A stretch of 64,000 nt of DNA from Setoptus koraiensis (taxonomy: Eukaryota > Animalia > Arthropoda), in NCBI GenBank assembly GCA_048013815.1, contig CM106585.1, forward strand, positions 744,001 through 808,000. Reading direction: 5' to 3'. Position numbers and translations under genes: made by a program. The notes under the pieces are model-generated. The model made no database searches. It was not told the origin of the DNA and saw only the letters and a list, made by a program, of their open reading frames with translations. Shown here in pieces: positions 1 to 13,700 of this stretch; within the stretch, counting starts at the first letter, position 1; every line of letters begins with the position of its first letter.

Positions 1-2453
1 TTGTTTTGTTACACATAATGGTTTCCAAGAGCAAATGTGTTAAAGATGGCCATGAATAACCATCTTCTTTCGTATTTAAATTCGGTCAACAAATGTCCCA
101 TCTAACAGTCATATTTTCACCGGTCTTTCAGGCTGACTGCAGAAAATTCTTTTCAAATTTGTTGTCGCTTTCGATAATAGATTGTCTAATAATTTCGGTT
201 CAAAAAACAAGGGGAAAGATCGAATATATTTTGGAAATAAATTCTAAATATTCGCAGACCAACCTAGTCAACTTGTAGCAACAGGGAATGTATAAGCTGT
301 TTGATTGGTGAATTTAAATGCATACTCAGAATGAATTTGGTAGCAAAGTAAACGAGTGAAAACTTTTTCACTGAGAGAAAAGTAAATTCAGGCGCTTTGA
401 AAAAGTCACAACGGCAACTATCACAATTATAGAAAATACATCTAGAAAAAAGGCTCACTGTAAATAGAGTACAGTTCTTTATGATTGAATCAAGTATTTG
501 ATACACGATGATGGTTAAAAAAGTTCTGGATTTTATTGATATGGACCATTTTTGATTAAAACCATGATTAAATTAGATATTTTTTTGTCAAAATGATTTG
601 TTTTATTATTTCTTTGCTTTATCAAAATGACTTTCACTATTAATTTCTGTATTAAATTGTTCTTATTAGCAATAAAAACCATTATAGACCAACAATGATT
701 TGAACTATAGTCTAAACCATGTTGATTAGTCCGAGTGACTATGTCTGGTTGGGTCTGACTGGGCGTCATCATCATACTCAAATTTCTACTGGGATCGTAT
801 GTCGTAATTTTGCATGTATTATGATATAAAATGATTTAAATCATGATCTGATTCCGATTTGGTTGAAATCAGACGACATTAAAACCATTTCGTCCATTTC
901 GTTCAATTTATAATTAAACCATGCATTAAAGCCACGATTCAAACCAACAAAAAAAAACCGAAAAAACTGATTCAGTCATTTTGTCCATATGAAAGCCAAT
1001 GATTTGAACTTTTTGGAATAAACCACAATAAAATGCACGATGATGGAAAAATGAAGAAACCCACTCTAGGCAACGTCGAGATAATAGGTCGAGTAGGAAA
1101 TCGTAGCTTATCATTACTATGGTCATTTAGTCACGCACTTCTTGGCTGGTGTTTGTTGGTTGGTGTCCACTTTACATGTAATTTAATGCCGTCCGTTCAA
1201 CAGATACAAATGTTCTAACATGTGATTATTTGGTCTAACTATTGTGAGGTCAAAAGATGTGAGTTGAAAGTTACCGACACCACAATTGATTTTATTCCTA
1301 ACGGCTTGCTGACTCTTTGTGCTAGCCTTCATACATTCGAACTACAATGAATGAAGGGACTCTTTGACCTCTTTTATGTGACCAGTTAGCCAGATTTAGG
1401 TGTTAGAAGTGGATTAGTGTGCACTTATAGTAACGACATTACATTTTGGACGCACAACAACTTTTGACCAGTGAAATTGTACGTAACTATGGACTGTGTA
1501 TTCGTGTCACGTTTTCTTGTCATGTCATTCGCACTGGTTGAATCGCCTGGACCGAGTAAATTTATCTGTTTTTCAAGCTGATTCGTCATCTAAGTCGAAT
1601 TAACTAGCTAGTAGCAAGAGTATCTTGCCAATGAACTAGCCGCAAAAGTTTCGCTTTGTTTTGCTTCGTTTGCGCGTTCTCTTTGTATTTCGGATTCATT
1701 TACTTGTCGGTGGTTGGTTCGGCAACATATGGGAGAACTCAGCGCCACACATAACCAATGAATAACTTAGTTGCTGAACTGTTAGTATCAGAAAACCATT
1801 TATTTAGGTTGATCCTCTCCTTCTTTCTGTCTAGACTGCTGCGCGAGCACTTAAGCTGACTCAGAAATCCAAAAACGGAAACAAGTGAGACGCCTCGTAT
1901 GTATCCACTAGTATACAAGTTTCTCTCGCCTAGTCTAACTCAAACTGAGTGACTGTAAATCAACTCTCGCTTTAAGTCATTTGTCTGAATCTGTCTAGAT
2001 GTGTCTCATAATTAATGTGCGCCAATACATGGCCTGCTACTGAATTTATCGAGAATCAATAGAAAGAAAACATAAAGAGAAAGAAAAAACACCCCCTCGA
2101 TTTAACTCTCATTAATTTATTGAACTGGGAGCGAGCAATGGTTGGCCATATCAGTTCATACCCTGCAGCGATTGCTTTCTGATTGGATCCGAATCTTTTA
2201 TTCGCACGACCATCTCATGTATTGCATAGATTACTTGCCAGTCAGGGTCAATGTTGGTATAACAAAGCGATCAACAACGAGTGACTTATCTGATGCGATT
2301 CGTCGTCCACAACAATCAGCCTAAACAACTGAAGTTGCACAACCAGGTAATCTGACGGTGATATCTATCAGTATTGTGTATTGGCATTGGTGTGCCTATA
2401 TCTAATAAGACGTCGAAAATGCATTTCGCTCATATTTATGAATCCAATGATAC

Positions 2454-2474
2454 CGAGTAGCCAATGGCTACTCG
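2454..2474. repeat. Perfect 21-bp palindrome (10-bp arms, 1-nt spacer)
   Basis: CGAGTAGCCA-A-TGGCTACTCG read directly; the arms are exact reverse complements. Confidence 0.9.
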
Positions 2475-2585
2475 TTGATTATTCTACTACTATTAGCTTT
2501 ATGTCTAGCCATATATGTCAAGATGAACGCTGATTCGCATCGAATGTATTGAGCGAGACAATTTGCACAAGTTTGCTGGTGTTGA

Positions 2586-2606
2586 GTTGGACGAAATTCG
2601 TCCAAC
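2586..2606. repeat. Perfect 21-bp palindrome (10-bp arms, 1-nt spacer)
   Basis: GTTGGACGAA-A-TTCGTCCAAC read directly. Confidence 0.9.
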
Positions 2607-5600
2607 ATTTTGATGCTGGCTTGCCCTATATTCTGAACTGCTGCCCAATACCAACTCGATATATTATTTGGCCTGCCGGCGAAATGTCCAACTGAACAAT
2701 GAGCGCACATCTGTCTAGGTTATATTCACGAGCGAAGTACTAACTAAATGAAAAGATTAAGTTGCAAGTTGGCGTTGTCCGAGATTCATATTATTACCAT
2801 TACATCATCCAATAATGTGTTAGATATGTGTGAGGAAGCTGCTCACTTGAACCATTGTCGGACTATTAATCTAGGAAGCCTTCTGGTGACACTCACACGG
2901 CTTGTCTGCCGATTTGTGTACAGCTATTGAACTGTCAGACGGTCGGGTGCCATCAGGGTGTCCATCGGTGTTCTTCGATAGCCATATTAATGTATGGATA
3001 TTGAGCACAGATTGAGATCTAGCTGCTTGGATATGAATGTCGTGTTGGTAGCTCTATGGGCAACAACGTTCGCCAAAGATGAATGGGCGCATCGATATTG
3101 ATTTAGGTACAATTCATGTAAGTGGTCATACATACTGTGCGGGCCTTTTTTGTACGGATTTGTACGGATTTTTGTACATGCGATAAAAATTCATGAGGTC
3201 CAATATATTCACCATCGGACAGATGCACGAATTTTTCATGCACAGTGTCAGTTTTCTCTGATTTCCACTGTTTGCATTATGTACCGACACAGTTTGATCG
3301 TCGATAGTCAGTGGGTTTGTGATTGCGATAAAACTTTCGTTTTTATACAAATGAGAAATGCCACCACCCGTTGTGAAATTGGAGCGCTGCCAAGTAAGGC
3401 ACGAAACATTCAGCAGCAGCACCTCTACATACAAATACACTGAAAATAGATGGACTAATTAGCCCAAAGCGAATCTGAAAGCTTCCGTTTCTTGATGCAG
3501 GCTACATTATAAAGTGCGCACGAAAAGGAAAATCATCTAGAAAGAAATTTTTGCTTTTTTGCTTTTTTTACGTTGAAAATTTTCATTTAGACAACTCGTA
3601 GAGACACAGATGCGCACGAGGGTGGCAGGATTAGTTGTGAACTTGAGCCGGCAGTGGAGGCCTTGAGGCGTCGTAAATCGAGGGCGACGATGCATATCGA
3701 GAATGGTAACACGCCAGAAAAGAATTATATCTCTTTAGTTTTCGGTGGAGAGAGTTTTTTTTCTACGAACGTGACCACCAATAAAACGCCTAGCAGAGTA
3801 TCTATGACGCGTGTCATCTCTTTTTCGCGTTATCATTGCGCCCATGACAGATGTCGCCAATCTGGTGGGGCCAGGATCTCTCAGGTGGACAGGCCAAATG
3901 ATCCGGGCCGCGCTCACGTGCAGCGGCCAGTACGTGATTGAGGTGTCCATGAAACTGGTAGCTGCTGGCTCGAGTTAATAAGCTTGTGTTGGCCAGCAGC
4001 TGGCGCCACCCAAACGCCAATCAGGAGCAGCATGTCTGATGAAATTTCACCCCTCTCTCTCTGCGCATCCTTCATGTGTCGGAATGGACTGTATTGCCGC
4101 GTAACGATATTCAGAGGTGAGGGCGCTTTTGTGCGTGCCTCGATGCTCGGCTCATCCCAGATCCGAGCCAACTTAATGCGCTTGTTTACTACCTACTCAG
4201 CGAAAGACTCACCTAGCAGATACAGTTGCTATTGTCAGTGAAGGATTCGGCATGGGCGCAAGCATAAGAATGAGGGATTCGTGAGAATAAAGATTTCTCC
4301 ATGGAGGAAAGGCAATTATCTGAGAATTATCTCTCTCTCTCTCCCCAAGGTAATGCATCTCTTACTAATTTATCTAGGTTGCGAGCTCAGAAGCAAAGCT
4401 GCTTTTATATGGGCAACGAGTGGAGGTGCCGGTAATCATTATGGTGGCTGCCGTTGTTGGCGCTGCTACACGACAAACTGAATTAATTGCCTTTTATCTC
4501 TCGGGGGACCATATCGCCACGCTGCCAAACTAGATGGCTGGCAGAATGGATCAGCGTAGTTTTGCCCGCTACAATGGGGCCAACTCCTCGTGAAGCGATA
4601 TCACGCTTTGCATTCATTCTCACGTATACAACCATTGCTGTTGTCTAGCTGAACCATCTGAACGGAGGATATTTCATTGAAACGTTCAGTCAGCGGATTT
4701 AGACTTGAGACTCTCTAGTTGAAAGAGCGAGTCGTGAATGGAATGGTGAACCTGTTTGGCGCCTTGTTTGTCAAGTATCTATACGTTGGCGTCTCACCAA
4801 TATTGTGGCCTCTTAATTTCATTAGATGCTATTGCGCTCATTGCATTACATATGCCGTCTGCGTATTGTTACTCTCACAGCAGCAGCAGCGGCAACAGCA
4901 ACAACAACTTATTTCACCGTTGTTGCCCTTCGATAATAGTCAAAAGTTGTGAGCTAGTACACAAGTCACATATATTTATGCCGGCCCGATGAGTATGCGT
5001 CGACCACTGGTCACTGTTTGCGGGGCCCTCTGACGCCTCCCACACGCGCACTCATTCGGTCAGTTGATACGTCTCGCTGCGCCTCAAAGAGATGAGTTGT
5101 GTCTGTGAACTTCGAAATAAAACATAATAATCTTTCTCATGTTGCCAGTTAAGTGACTGATCTGGCCAGTCGAGCCGATGAGTAACACTGTTTCGACAGC
5201 TGGCAGCATAGACAGCTCGTGTCAGCGAGGCCCGGGCGGCCTCAGTGATCTCAGTCTGACTGGTGCCGCACGCTTGTGATGGATGGCTGTGAATTAATAT
5301 TAATTCATCTGATTAAGACGTGATGCTCAATCTTACACGGGGCCCCATTTTTTGTGTTTTTGTTATTGTTTATTATTGTTAGTTTTGTTTCAAACAAATG
5401 AGCGAAGGATGGAACACAGGATTCCTCTGAAAGATGTTCCTCCATCCGAGAGGCTACAATGAGCGGGCATTATTAGCTGGGTGAGAGGATAGGATGGCAT
5501 AGATGTGGATCAAACAATGTTCGTGTTTCAACGCAAAAAGAAACATTTGTTTCGGTTCTGCATGGTAGCTCTCAGTAATTTGACGAAGCAAGCGGAATTT

Positions 5601-7952
5601 CTTCACAGCGAACAACGACTTAAATTCCAAATGAATTGTTATCTGTCTCACTATTTGTTTTGTGTCTGTCAGACAGGGTCCGAGCGGCAACTCATCAGCG
5701 AAAACAATCTTGGCGTCTCGGGTGTCTAAGCTACTGTTGTGATTCTAAGATAAATGATATTCTTATGAATAATGATGATCCACTACATATATTATAAATG
5801 GCCCCACACAAACACGTGCACAGGCACGCTTGCTGATAGGTCGCGCATCGCATCGTATGAATATGTGATGGCATGATTATTTTAATCATTGTTGCAACGT
5901 TGTTCATCTATCTATCTAGCGCGTCACTAGCGCCATTGTATGAAATTTTATATTAAGCCGTATTACTCGGCTATATAGAGATCGCTGCTCATCAGCTGAT
6001 CCTAAATTAATCAAAATCCCCCTCCGTGCGCTCGATCGATCGCTAGGGACCCATGCTGGACCCCAGTTCACAGAAACAGTTGGGCCGCAATTCAACTCGA
6101 GCGAACCTAACGTTACTGTTTGAAGAGGAATGGATAACGCTTCGCTGATTAATTCAAGTTTGGCGCCTCATCATTCGCGGATAGGCCAATCCGGCGGATG
6201 ACTTTGCCGAACGTGTCCATTTTCGCCACCTAGTAATTGCATCTGGTGATGGGCCCTCCCGAGACACATTTGCACCAATAGCAAAAGCAGGGGCGAGCTG
6301 CACCAAACAATATCATTAGATCAGGTGTAGCTGAACCAGTTGTGCCAAGTTGGTTGCATCTTCTTCTTATTGAATTATTGACGCGCCACTGTGTGTATTG
6401 AATATCACTGACTAGTGTCGGTACTATTTTCTTTTTAGCCTAGAGATATTTTTGCTGATCTGGCAACCAGACAGCCAGTTTGGTTATTTGCAAGCAATAC
6501 TCGTGCCATGTGCGTTTGCGTACAACTTACGCAATTTTATACGATTACATAATCAATATGTTGTTTGCTTTAGTAGTGGTTCTGTGATGAGTTGAGAGAG
6601 CGATTTTCGGGCGATGCCATTGCCACTGCTAAACCAATAGCTGGGGCACTTTGCGTCTGAATTTTGTGTTCTCTTCAAAACCAAACAAACGCTTGTTCGG
6701 GCTGCAAATGCAGCTCGACCAACAAATCAATGATGGACACAAATGCTTAAAATATTCCAAAATTCTCTAAAGCAGATTATCGAAGCGGATAAATAGTGTA
6801 GTGTAAATGCATTTTCCTCCCCACCCGCCTCTCACGCTATTCTGTTTGAGTTTTGCTCAGTTTGGCGCACATCAATCTTAGCTGAAAGGTGTACTACCAT
6901 AAATACTCGCTACTGCAAAATGTTTGCAAGCTCATGATGTATCTAACATGAAAACTCCCGCTACCCACACATTTGTGATACACTAACCTCCGGCAAACAC
7001 CTTACTTACATTGCCTGCTTGCCCTAAAGTAAAAAGGAGAAGTATACAAAGTAGCACATAGTGGGGGCCAATAGCAAATATTCACTTAAGCTTTTGACGT
7101 GGCCTCATTTGTTTGTTTGCCATTCGTGTATTGTTGTCCATTGTTGTCCACATGAGTTAAGCATGTTCTTCATGGACAGATCTAGTCATCGTAACTCGAA
7201 CGAAAGCGAGAATTCTAGTTTGGACAGCTTGAATAACAAAGTTATTGTTATTGCATTCTAAACTCTGGAAATTATCAAAGGGTTTCAAAGCCTGGTAGTG
7301 ACTGCGAAATGGTTGCCTGGCTGTCATATGTGCTATCAATTAGGGACATCAATGGGTAACTATCCTGTGTCACATGTGAGTTTAGCATCCGACCGGTTTA
7401 TTGATTTGAGATTGTCGGTCACCAGAGCAGATAGCCATTTATTCAAGGGTCTCTCGGGCGATCATAGCAACAGAAAATGCACAAAAAATTTTCTAACAAA
7501 CAGATTGCGATGCGTTGCTATCTATATCTATTACCACTGTTTCGGCAACTGCTATAGTAATATGCATTTCCCGAAGTTTCAACTGACAAGTCCGTTAAAA
7601 AACGGATATTTGACTGTGAACGGATTCTATGAGTATAAACCGCTGAACCTGGCGAGTTTTGATAACAAATCCGTAACCAACAGTTGTCTGTATGACTCTG
7701 CTATTAATTTAGTTTTCTTTTTTGCGCGAAAACATTCCAGAATTGGAATATCTGATGATGATTTTCAAACATTTAAAGCAATTCTTATCTCGCAATAGTA
7801 ATACACATGTACTGTTGTCATGCATGAACATCGGATGCTCAACCACAACCGCTAAACAAATATTTAGACACTGAGTTGAGTGAGAGAGTCCAAGCAACCG
7901 GAAGTAACTGGTTTTTTCGTCATCTAATCTAGGGAAAATTCACCATCAGGGG

Positions 7953-8135
7953 ATGTGGCCCTTGCTGGTATTTCTGAGCTTATTGCTTAGTTGGCTGTTT
8001 TATCGTAGATGTTGTTGCATAAAGAATTCTGATGTCAAACCAAAAGATAATGTAATAGATAAAATCAGTCGCAGCAGACAAAAAACCAAAACACTTGTTA
8101 AGCGAGAGCCAATAATGGACGACAACGATCAATAA
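7953..8135 (+). CDS. Possible small single-pass membrane protein or terminal exon (TM helix, Cys cluster, basic tail)
   Basis: MWPLLVFLSLLLSWLFY-RR-CCC-IK... resembles a TM segment with stop-transfer and palmitoylation-type motifs. It is preceded by a CAG that could be a splice acceptor (catcag|gggatg). No family recognised. Confidence 0.3.
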   Translation: MWPLLVFLSLLLSWLFYRRCCCIKNSDVKPKDNVIDKISRSRQKTKTLVKREPIMDDNDQ

Positions 8136-10775
8136 CCATAAATCAGAAATGACACCAACTAGATTCAAATTCTCTATCTATGTCTCTAGTATAAGCAGTA
8201 GTAGTGATTATGGTGGTGTAGTCATTCTCTCCCACCATTCTTCTGCCGAGAAAACCAACTTAAACTCTATGACACTATATATTCCATGTCTATAGTGGAC
8301 TCTCGAGACTAAATAATAAACAACTATAATATCATTGTCTTGTTTATTTTTCCTTAGTTCACGCTCGTAAGTTTGTGCCCGATCACAGATTTGGTCCCCG
8401 AACTCCAAACAGTGAACTAGTTTTTTCTTGAGAACAAGGATTGAGCACGAATTCAGCACAAGCATGGAAAAATAAACGAGTCATAAATAAATAGTCACGG
8501 TAGTGTGTTAGCAGTAGCTTTCATCCGATGTGATCAAGCGAAAATTCGCTCTTACCAAGCTAAACTCTTGCTTCCTCTTGCCTCCTTTTCTGCTGTGACC
8601 ACGATTTGTTTGGTTTTCGCTATAATAATGATTTCCGACAATCTTCACGAATCAACTCGATAGCATCTAGATATAGCCTCAGACAGTACGAACTTTTCTG
8701 TGAGGATGTCCATGACAATTCAACGAAAAACTTCGTGAAACGTGAAAAAAGGAGAATGAAAACTTGGTCGAGTCGTGCTCATCATTATCTATCGCCAAAT
8801 ATTACTACTACAGTATAGTGCTAGTTCAAGAGGTGTCTGTACCAAGGTTTGTACAGTTATCACTAATAACTTATCAGGGTGACGTGAGAAAAGTTTAGCT
8901 ATGAGAGGTGTAGGTTAATAGTGTCGAATTCACACTCTTTTGTTGTCCGGGTGCATTATTTGTTTTGCGCAAGTTTGGAGGCAACAACAGAAAGAAAAAC
9001 TAGAAAAGAAATTGATTTACACACTCGCTACAGTTATTGCCCAAAAATCGTCAAGAGTCTCATCAGAATAAAATCAGTCAGTAAAAACGGATAGCTCACA
9101 ATCAAGATCGATTGCAGGCAGTGAATCTGAATCTCCGATCAATCAAGCAACTAAAAAAATCTGAAATGCGTTCTCGTGCAATGAAACGCAATTGATTATA
9201 GACTTTATCTAGCACCATCTGATACGCTGCACTAGCTGACAGAATCCCTTTTAACGAGGACCCACGGTGAGCAAGCGTATAAATGATCGCACCTGAATCG
9301 TCTGATCAGAGTTCCTCGCGCTAAGAACTCATCGATCTGGATCTTTCGCGAGAAAAAATAAATCGTCTAGTTTTTAATTTCATCTAATCAGTGAGCATTC
9401 AGAGTGCTGTTTTGCCGAAAGAGCGTGCGTGAACTTTACTGGAACTGGAAAATTTCTTTGGAAAAATGTATGAATAGATGACGCCTAGAATTCGTTCCCA
9501 TAATTAGCTGAGATAAATCTACTGTAGTTGCTGAGAAGAGGCTAAGCTCAAGTTTCGCCAGTGATTTTGCAATGTGACATAAAATCGCTATGCTGCCCGG
9601 GGTGCAATTTTGTCGTAAACAAAAAAGAATAATCTGTTGGTCTGGTCGGTTCAGGTTACTGATTGGCGCCACTGACGATACGCATAAGTGGTTTGCGGCA
9701 ACTGAAACCCGAAAATAATATAAAAAGCGAACAGAAATTCATTTTCGTGCTTCATTGGTTAGATTTAATTTGAATATCTGTCCATTTCAGCACGAAATGA
9801 ATTCATTTCTCTCGCGCCATAACAGAATCAGTCAATCGTGCCTGGCTACGAGCGTCGTATGCGCTTGTCGTATTTTTATTTCAGCCAGTGATTCCAGCGT
9901 AAATTGGCCATCTGTATTTTTCAGCGACTCTCATGAGTTTAGCCAGTGTGAATTAACATGTAAATGGCCCATGTGAATTCTATTATTGTTATAGCCATTA
10001 ATGTTATTATTGTACGACATAATGTAATGAGCAAGAGTTGGACAGAGTCGTCATTTACAGGGGGAGCTGGCTAACAACCAGCGACTTGTGTATATATTAA
10101 AAGTGCGCATAGCAAAGCAGGCAGAAAAACAAACAAACTATCCTTTGCATGATGGCCCCTCTTCCGTTCAGCACAGTCAGCCAGCCAGTGAGCATGGCTG
10201 ACAGGGTAGATGGATAACAATTTGAGGCCGAGTTAGTCGGTCCGTTGTGTCCAATCTGCTGTGTTATTGTGTTTACTGTGGGCCTATTACAAACTTTGTT
10301 CTGACTACGCCAGCGATTTGCGTATACAAAGATAGCGAGATAACGAGCCAGGCTACCAATTCAATTCGGTATATTCCAAAACGGTTTGGACAAAACCTCA
10401 ACATCATCACATAATGAAATTCATCTATATTCAAAGAAACAAGAGATAGCGTCGAGCGTCTGTTGTTGTGCACAATCAGGCCCGCTGAAAATGCAAATGA
10501 GAAGAGTTACAATTGTTATTGGTTGAAATTACAGTGGCATGACAATGGTGGCGTTGGTGTTGCACCCAAACCAACCAACCACAATTGGGAATAGGCCGCC
10601 TGCCTGCTTGTTATTCTCCAATATGTCGATGCTGTCTGGCGGTGCGGTTGTCCAAATTGAAATGGCTTTTCCACGTCCAGTGTCCGGCCGGATATTAGCT
10701 GGCTAGCAGTGGCTAGGTGATAAGATTATAGGAGATCATTACAAGTGTTAGCGGGGTTGATGACTCCCTCGCTTG

Positions 10776-10796
10776 CTCTCTCTCTCTCTCTCTCTC
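10776..10796. repeat. (CT)n microsatellite
   Basis: Direct reading, about 10 units. Confidence 0.9.
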
Positions 10797-13700
10797 CCTT
10801 TATGTATGTATGTAGCCCGCTTGGTGGCTGCCAGTGAGGCCTCTTGATTGAACGAAACAGCGATTATGTGTCGCATTGTCGTCACATAGGACGACACTAG
10901 ATAATGACAATCATCAACAACGTTTTCGACGCTGATGATCGAACTTATAAGGGGATTCGTTCAGGTAGAAGCACAATTGTAAATGTAATGCGAGGGTCAG
11001 CCGAGCAGGCCCACTCCATTGGGGCCCGTCTAGTCTGCTGTGGGATCGCAATGAGTCAGTCCGGTTGACTACACAACTGCTACCTCATCAACACTAAACG
11101 CATGCCCCAGAGTCTACCGGTTCAACTCAGCTTTGAGCAACCATTCTCATGGTGTTCAGAATGCTCTCGTCGTCAGACCAATTATACCCAGCTATGTGTG
11201 TTCTGTCTTTTAGTAAACAAACGCTACAGACCCATGTGGATATTTTTTGTGTTTGTTTCAATTAAATTTGAATTGAAATTGCGTTTCGCGAGCTTCCCAT
11301 AGAGAATGCGCGTGCCCAGCTATACATGCTATACCTGGACTAACGACAAAAGGTTGCTCCTGATTTAACTAAAGTTGATTTGTTATTTCCCATAAGTATT
11401 TGATCTACGCAGTTGACAAAATCCCGTATTCCTGGACTATCAAATGTGCCCACATTTGTGTACATGTCCCACCTACAATGTACCGAGCGACCAATTCCCT
11501 GCATAATTCGTAGTCAGCTTCACATGTCGAGCGAGCTGGACAACATTGAAACATTTTTTTTTCTTTGGTGTAATGGCATTCGGTATCGACATATAAAAGT
11601 AGCTGGTTTCAGGTTGACCAGATGGGCCGAAGATCACGCCGGGATGAAGCGATCATCTTTGTCTGCATTTAGGTTCCCCCCAAGATTTATACTAGGAAAA
11701 TCCAGCATTCCCTCCGCCCATTGGCGGCATTGACGATTTAGAACCATTTACTCTCCAGAATGGTTGCTTCTAGGATCTACGTCAAGGTTTTGGACTGTCA
11801 GGGCCACCCCTGGCCGTGGTGAGAGGCGCCACAAACGGCTCATTTGGGCCTTGATTGACAACAAAAGCCACATCGGACCTAAAGTCTGGTCGTCATTCAG
11901 AAAAAAAGTCATATCAGGCCGAATATTGCTTATCACTGCCTCAATTTATTAGTGAGCCCAATGACTTTCCATCGGCCACGCCGGTTCAATTTCGCGAAGC
12001 TATGCAAATTGTCTTCTACGAAATATGCAATTAACGAGCCTCTCTAGCGAAACAATATTTGCCAATTTCATTCGAGAGAATTTCCATAAAATATCAACTA
12101 CGACAAACGAGGGATGGTACTTTCGCCCAACCAGTTTAGCTCTAGTAATGCTCTATAGTTACATCGTTTGGGTGGAAATTTAAGAGTTAATTGATGTAAA
12201 ATGATGCGTGAAAAGTGTGTGCAAATCCCTGATTCTCTAATAAAAATAATTCGATACTAAAGCTGGGAAATTTGTGCGAGCGAGATGCAAATAGAATAAT
12301 TGCATTATTTGCGTGCGGTGCGACAATAGATATTCTGACAGTTTGAGCCAATTTCCCGTACCGTGATAGTGTTATCGCGTGCTCAATTTCTGTCAGATAA
12401 CACTGGCACATTTTGAAACATTCAGCCAACATAAGTGTTTCCCTCATTTTGTCGGCTTAATTTCAGGCTGCCGTTTCTCATGCCAAGACAGACGTTAGAT
12501 GGGCAGAAATTAAAAGTTATATTAATACAGTCCTTTGCTAGCGATGACCACACTCGAACCGAAACTTTGCCCGATTCATGCAAGCTCACTGCTGCTGCTT
12601 GTTTGACCTCCAAGGAGCCCCAAAGTCATTTTGGACCCCATGAGTCATTTGTATTCACATAAATGTCAAACAAACAGCCATATTTGGTGGTCGGCAGCAT
12701 CTCGACTGCTGATACTTTGATTAATTTGGGGCCATGCTGATTAAGTGGCCGCCCACTGGTGATCGTAAATATTCATAAGATATATTTCTTGTTGTTTGTT
12801 TCAATCTTATAATGGTAAAATTGCAATTGTTTGTGGCATCATTCGTTATGCTGACATCCACAATTTCTGCTTGATTGATTGATTGTCAACTGTGTGAAGC
12901 AATAAAACAGCGGCAACAATAATAAATTAAGGTCGCTGACTCTATATGTTGGTCAATGTCTTGTCGCCATCATTAGCAATCCTCTCTTGCTCTTAAGCAA
13001 TGAGCAAAAACAATGAATGTGTCTGACTCTACCCAATGTCTCTTTGCTTGCCTAGCTAGTCATTGAACTGAGTCTCGTAAAATGTGTTTGCCGGGGCACT
13101 GGCCAATATCTGGTCGCATTAATTTATAACGTTGACTACTTCTCAAATAAGTTTCAAGTTCTACTGGAGCCCCATTGCTGGTTCGAGCGCCACTACTGCA
13201 AGATTTGGTTGTTACGCAACCAGCGATATAATTGAATTGAGCTGGCTCACTCAATTCAGTATTCGTCTATGTTTTGAGCTAGAATGTCTTGGCAAAATTA
13301 ATTAATTACTCGCAAGTTACGGCAAAACCATTTCGGCCTCTTTTATGGCTTCTCTCATCTGAATGTGCGTGTGCGTGTAAACTGCCTTTACTGCTACTTT
13401 TATCATTTATGTTTCTGTTTTGGTGCCTGTTATTCATTATCGGCGCCTGTCTTGATTCGAGCAGCGCCAATGATTGCTTTACTATATTCGCGAGTCACCA
13501 GTGTTGCCCACACCGATACACAAATATAGTCTCTCCAGCTTCACACTGGTCGGATGAAACAAATTGGATTAGAGCGGAAGGCAATGAACTTGGCAAGCTC
13601 GCTTGGCTAGACAAACATGGGCTCCGAGACATTGGAAGCAATCAATTGAAAACGGCAGCAGCGGTGCAAGTTCATTTTATGCAAGCCAACAAGCTGTCAG

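Noticed and set aside
2748-3443. + frame linking track ORFs 2748-2930 and 3150-3443, with only four stops in about 230 codons
   Set aside because: No recognisable motifs or composition bias; stop depletion is within what many frames give by chance.
11413-12186. ORFs 11413-11733 and 11764-11952 are one frame with a single TGA; looked like a retroelement relic
   Set aside because: No RT, RNase H, integrase or gag motif identifiable in any frame; no LTRs or TSD seen.
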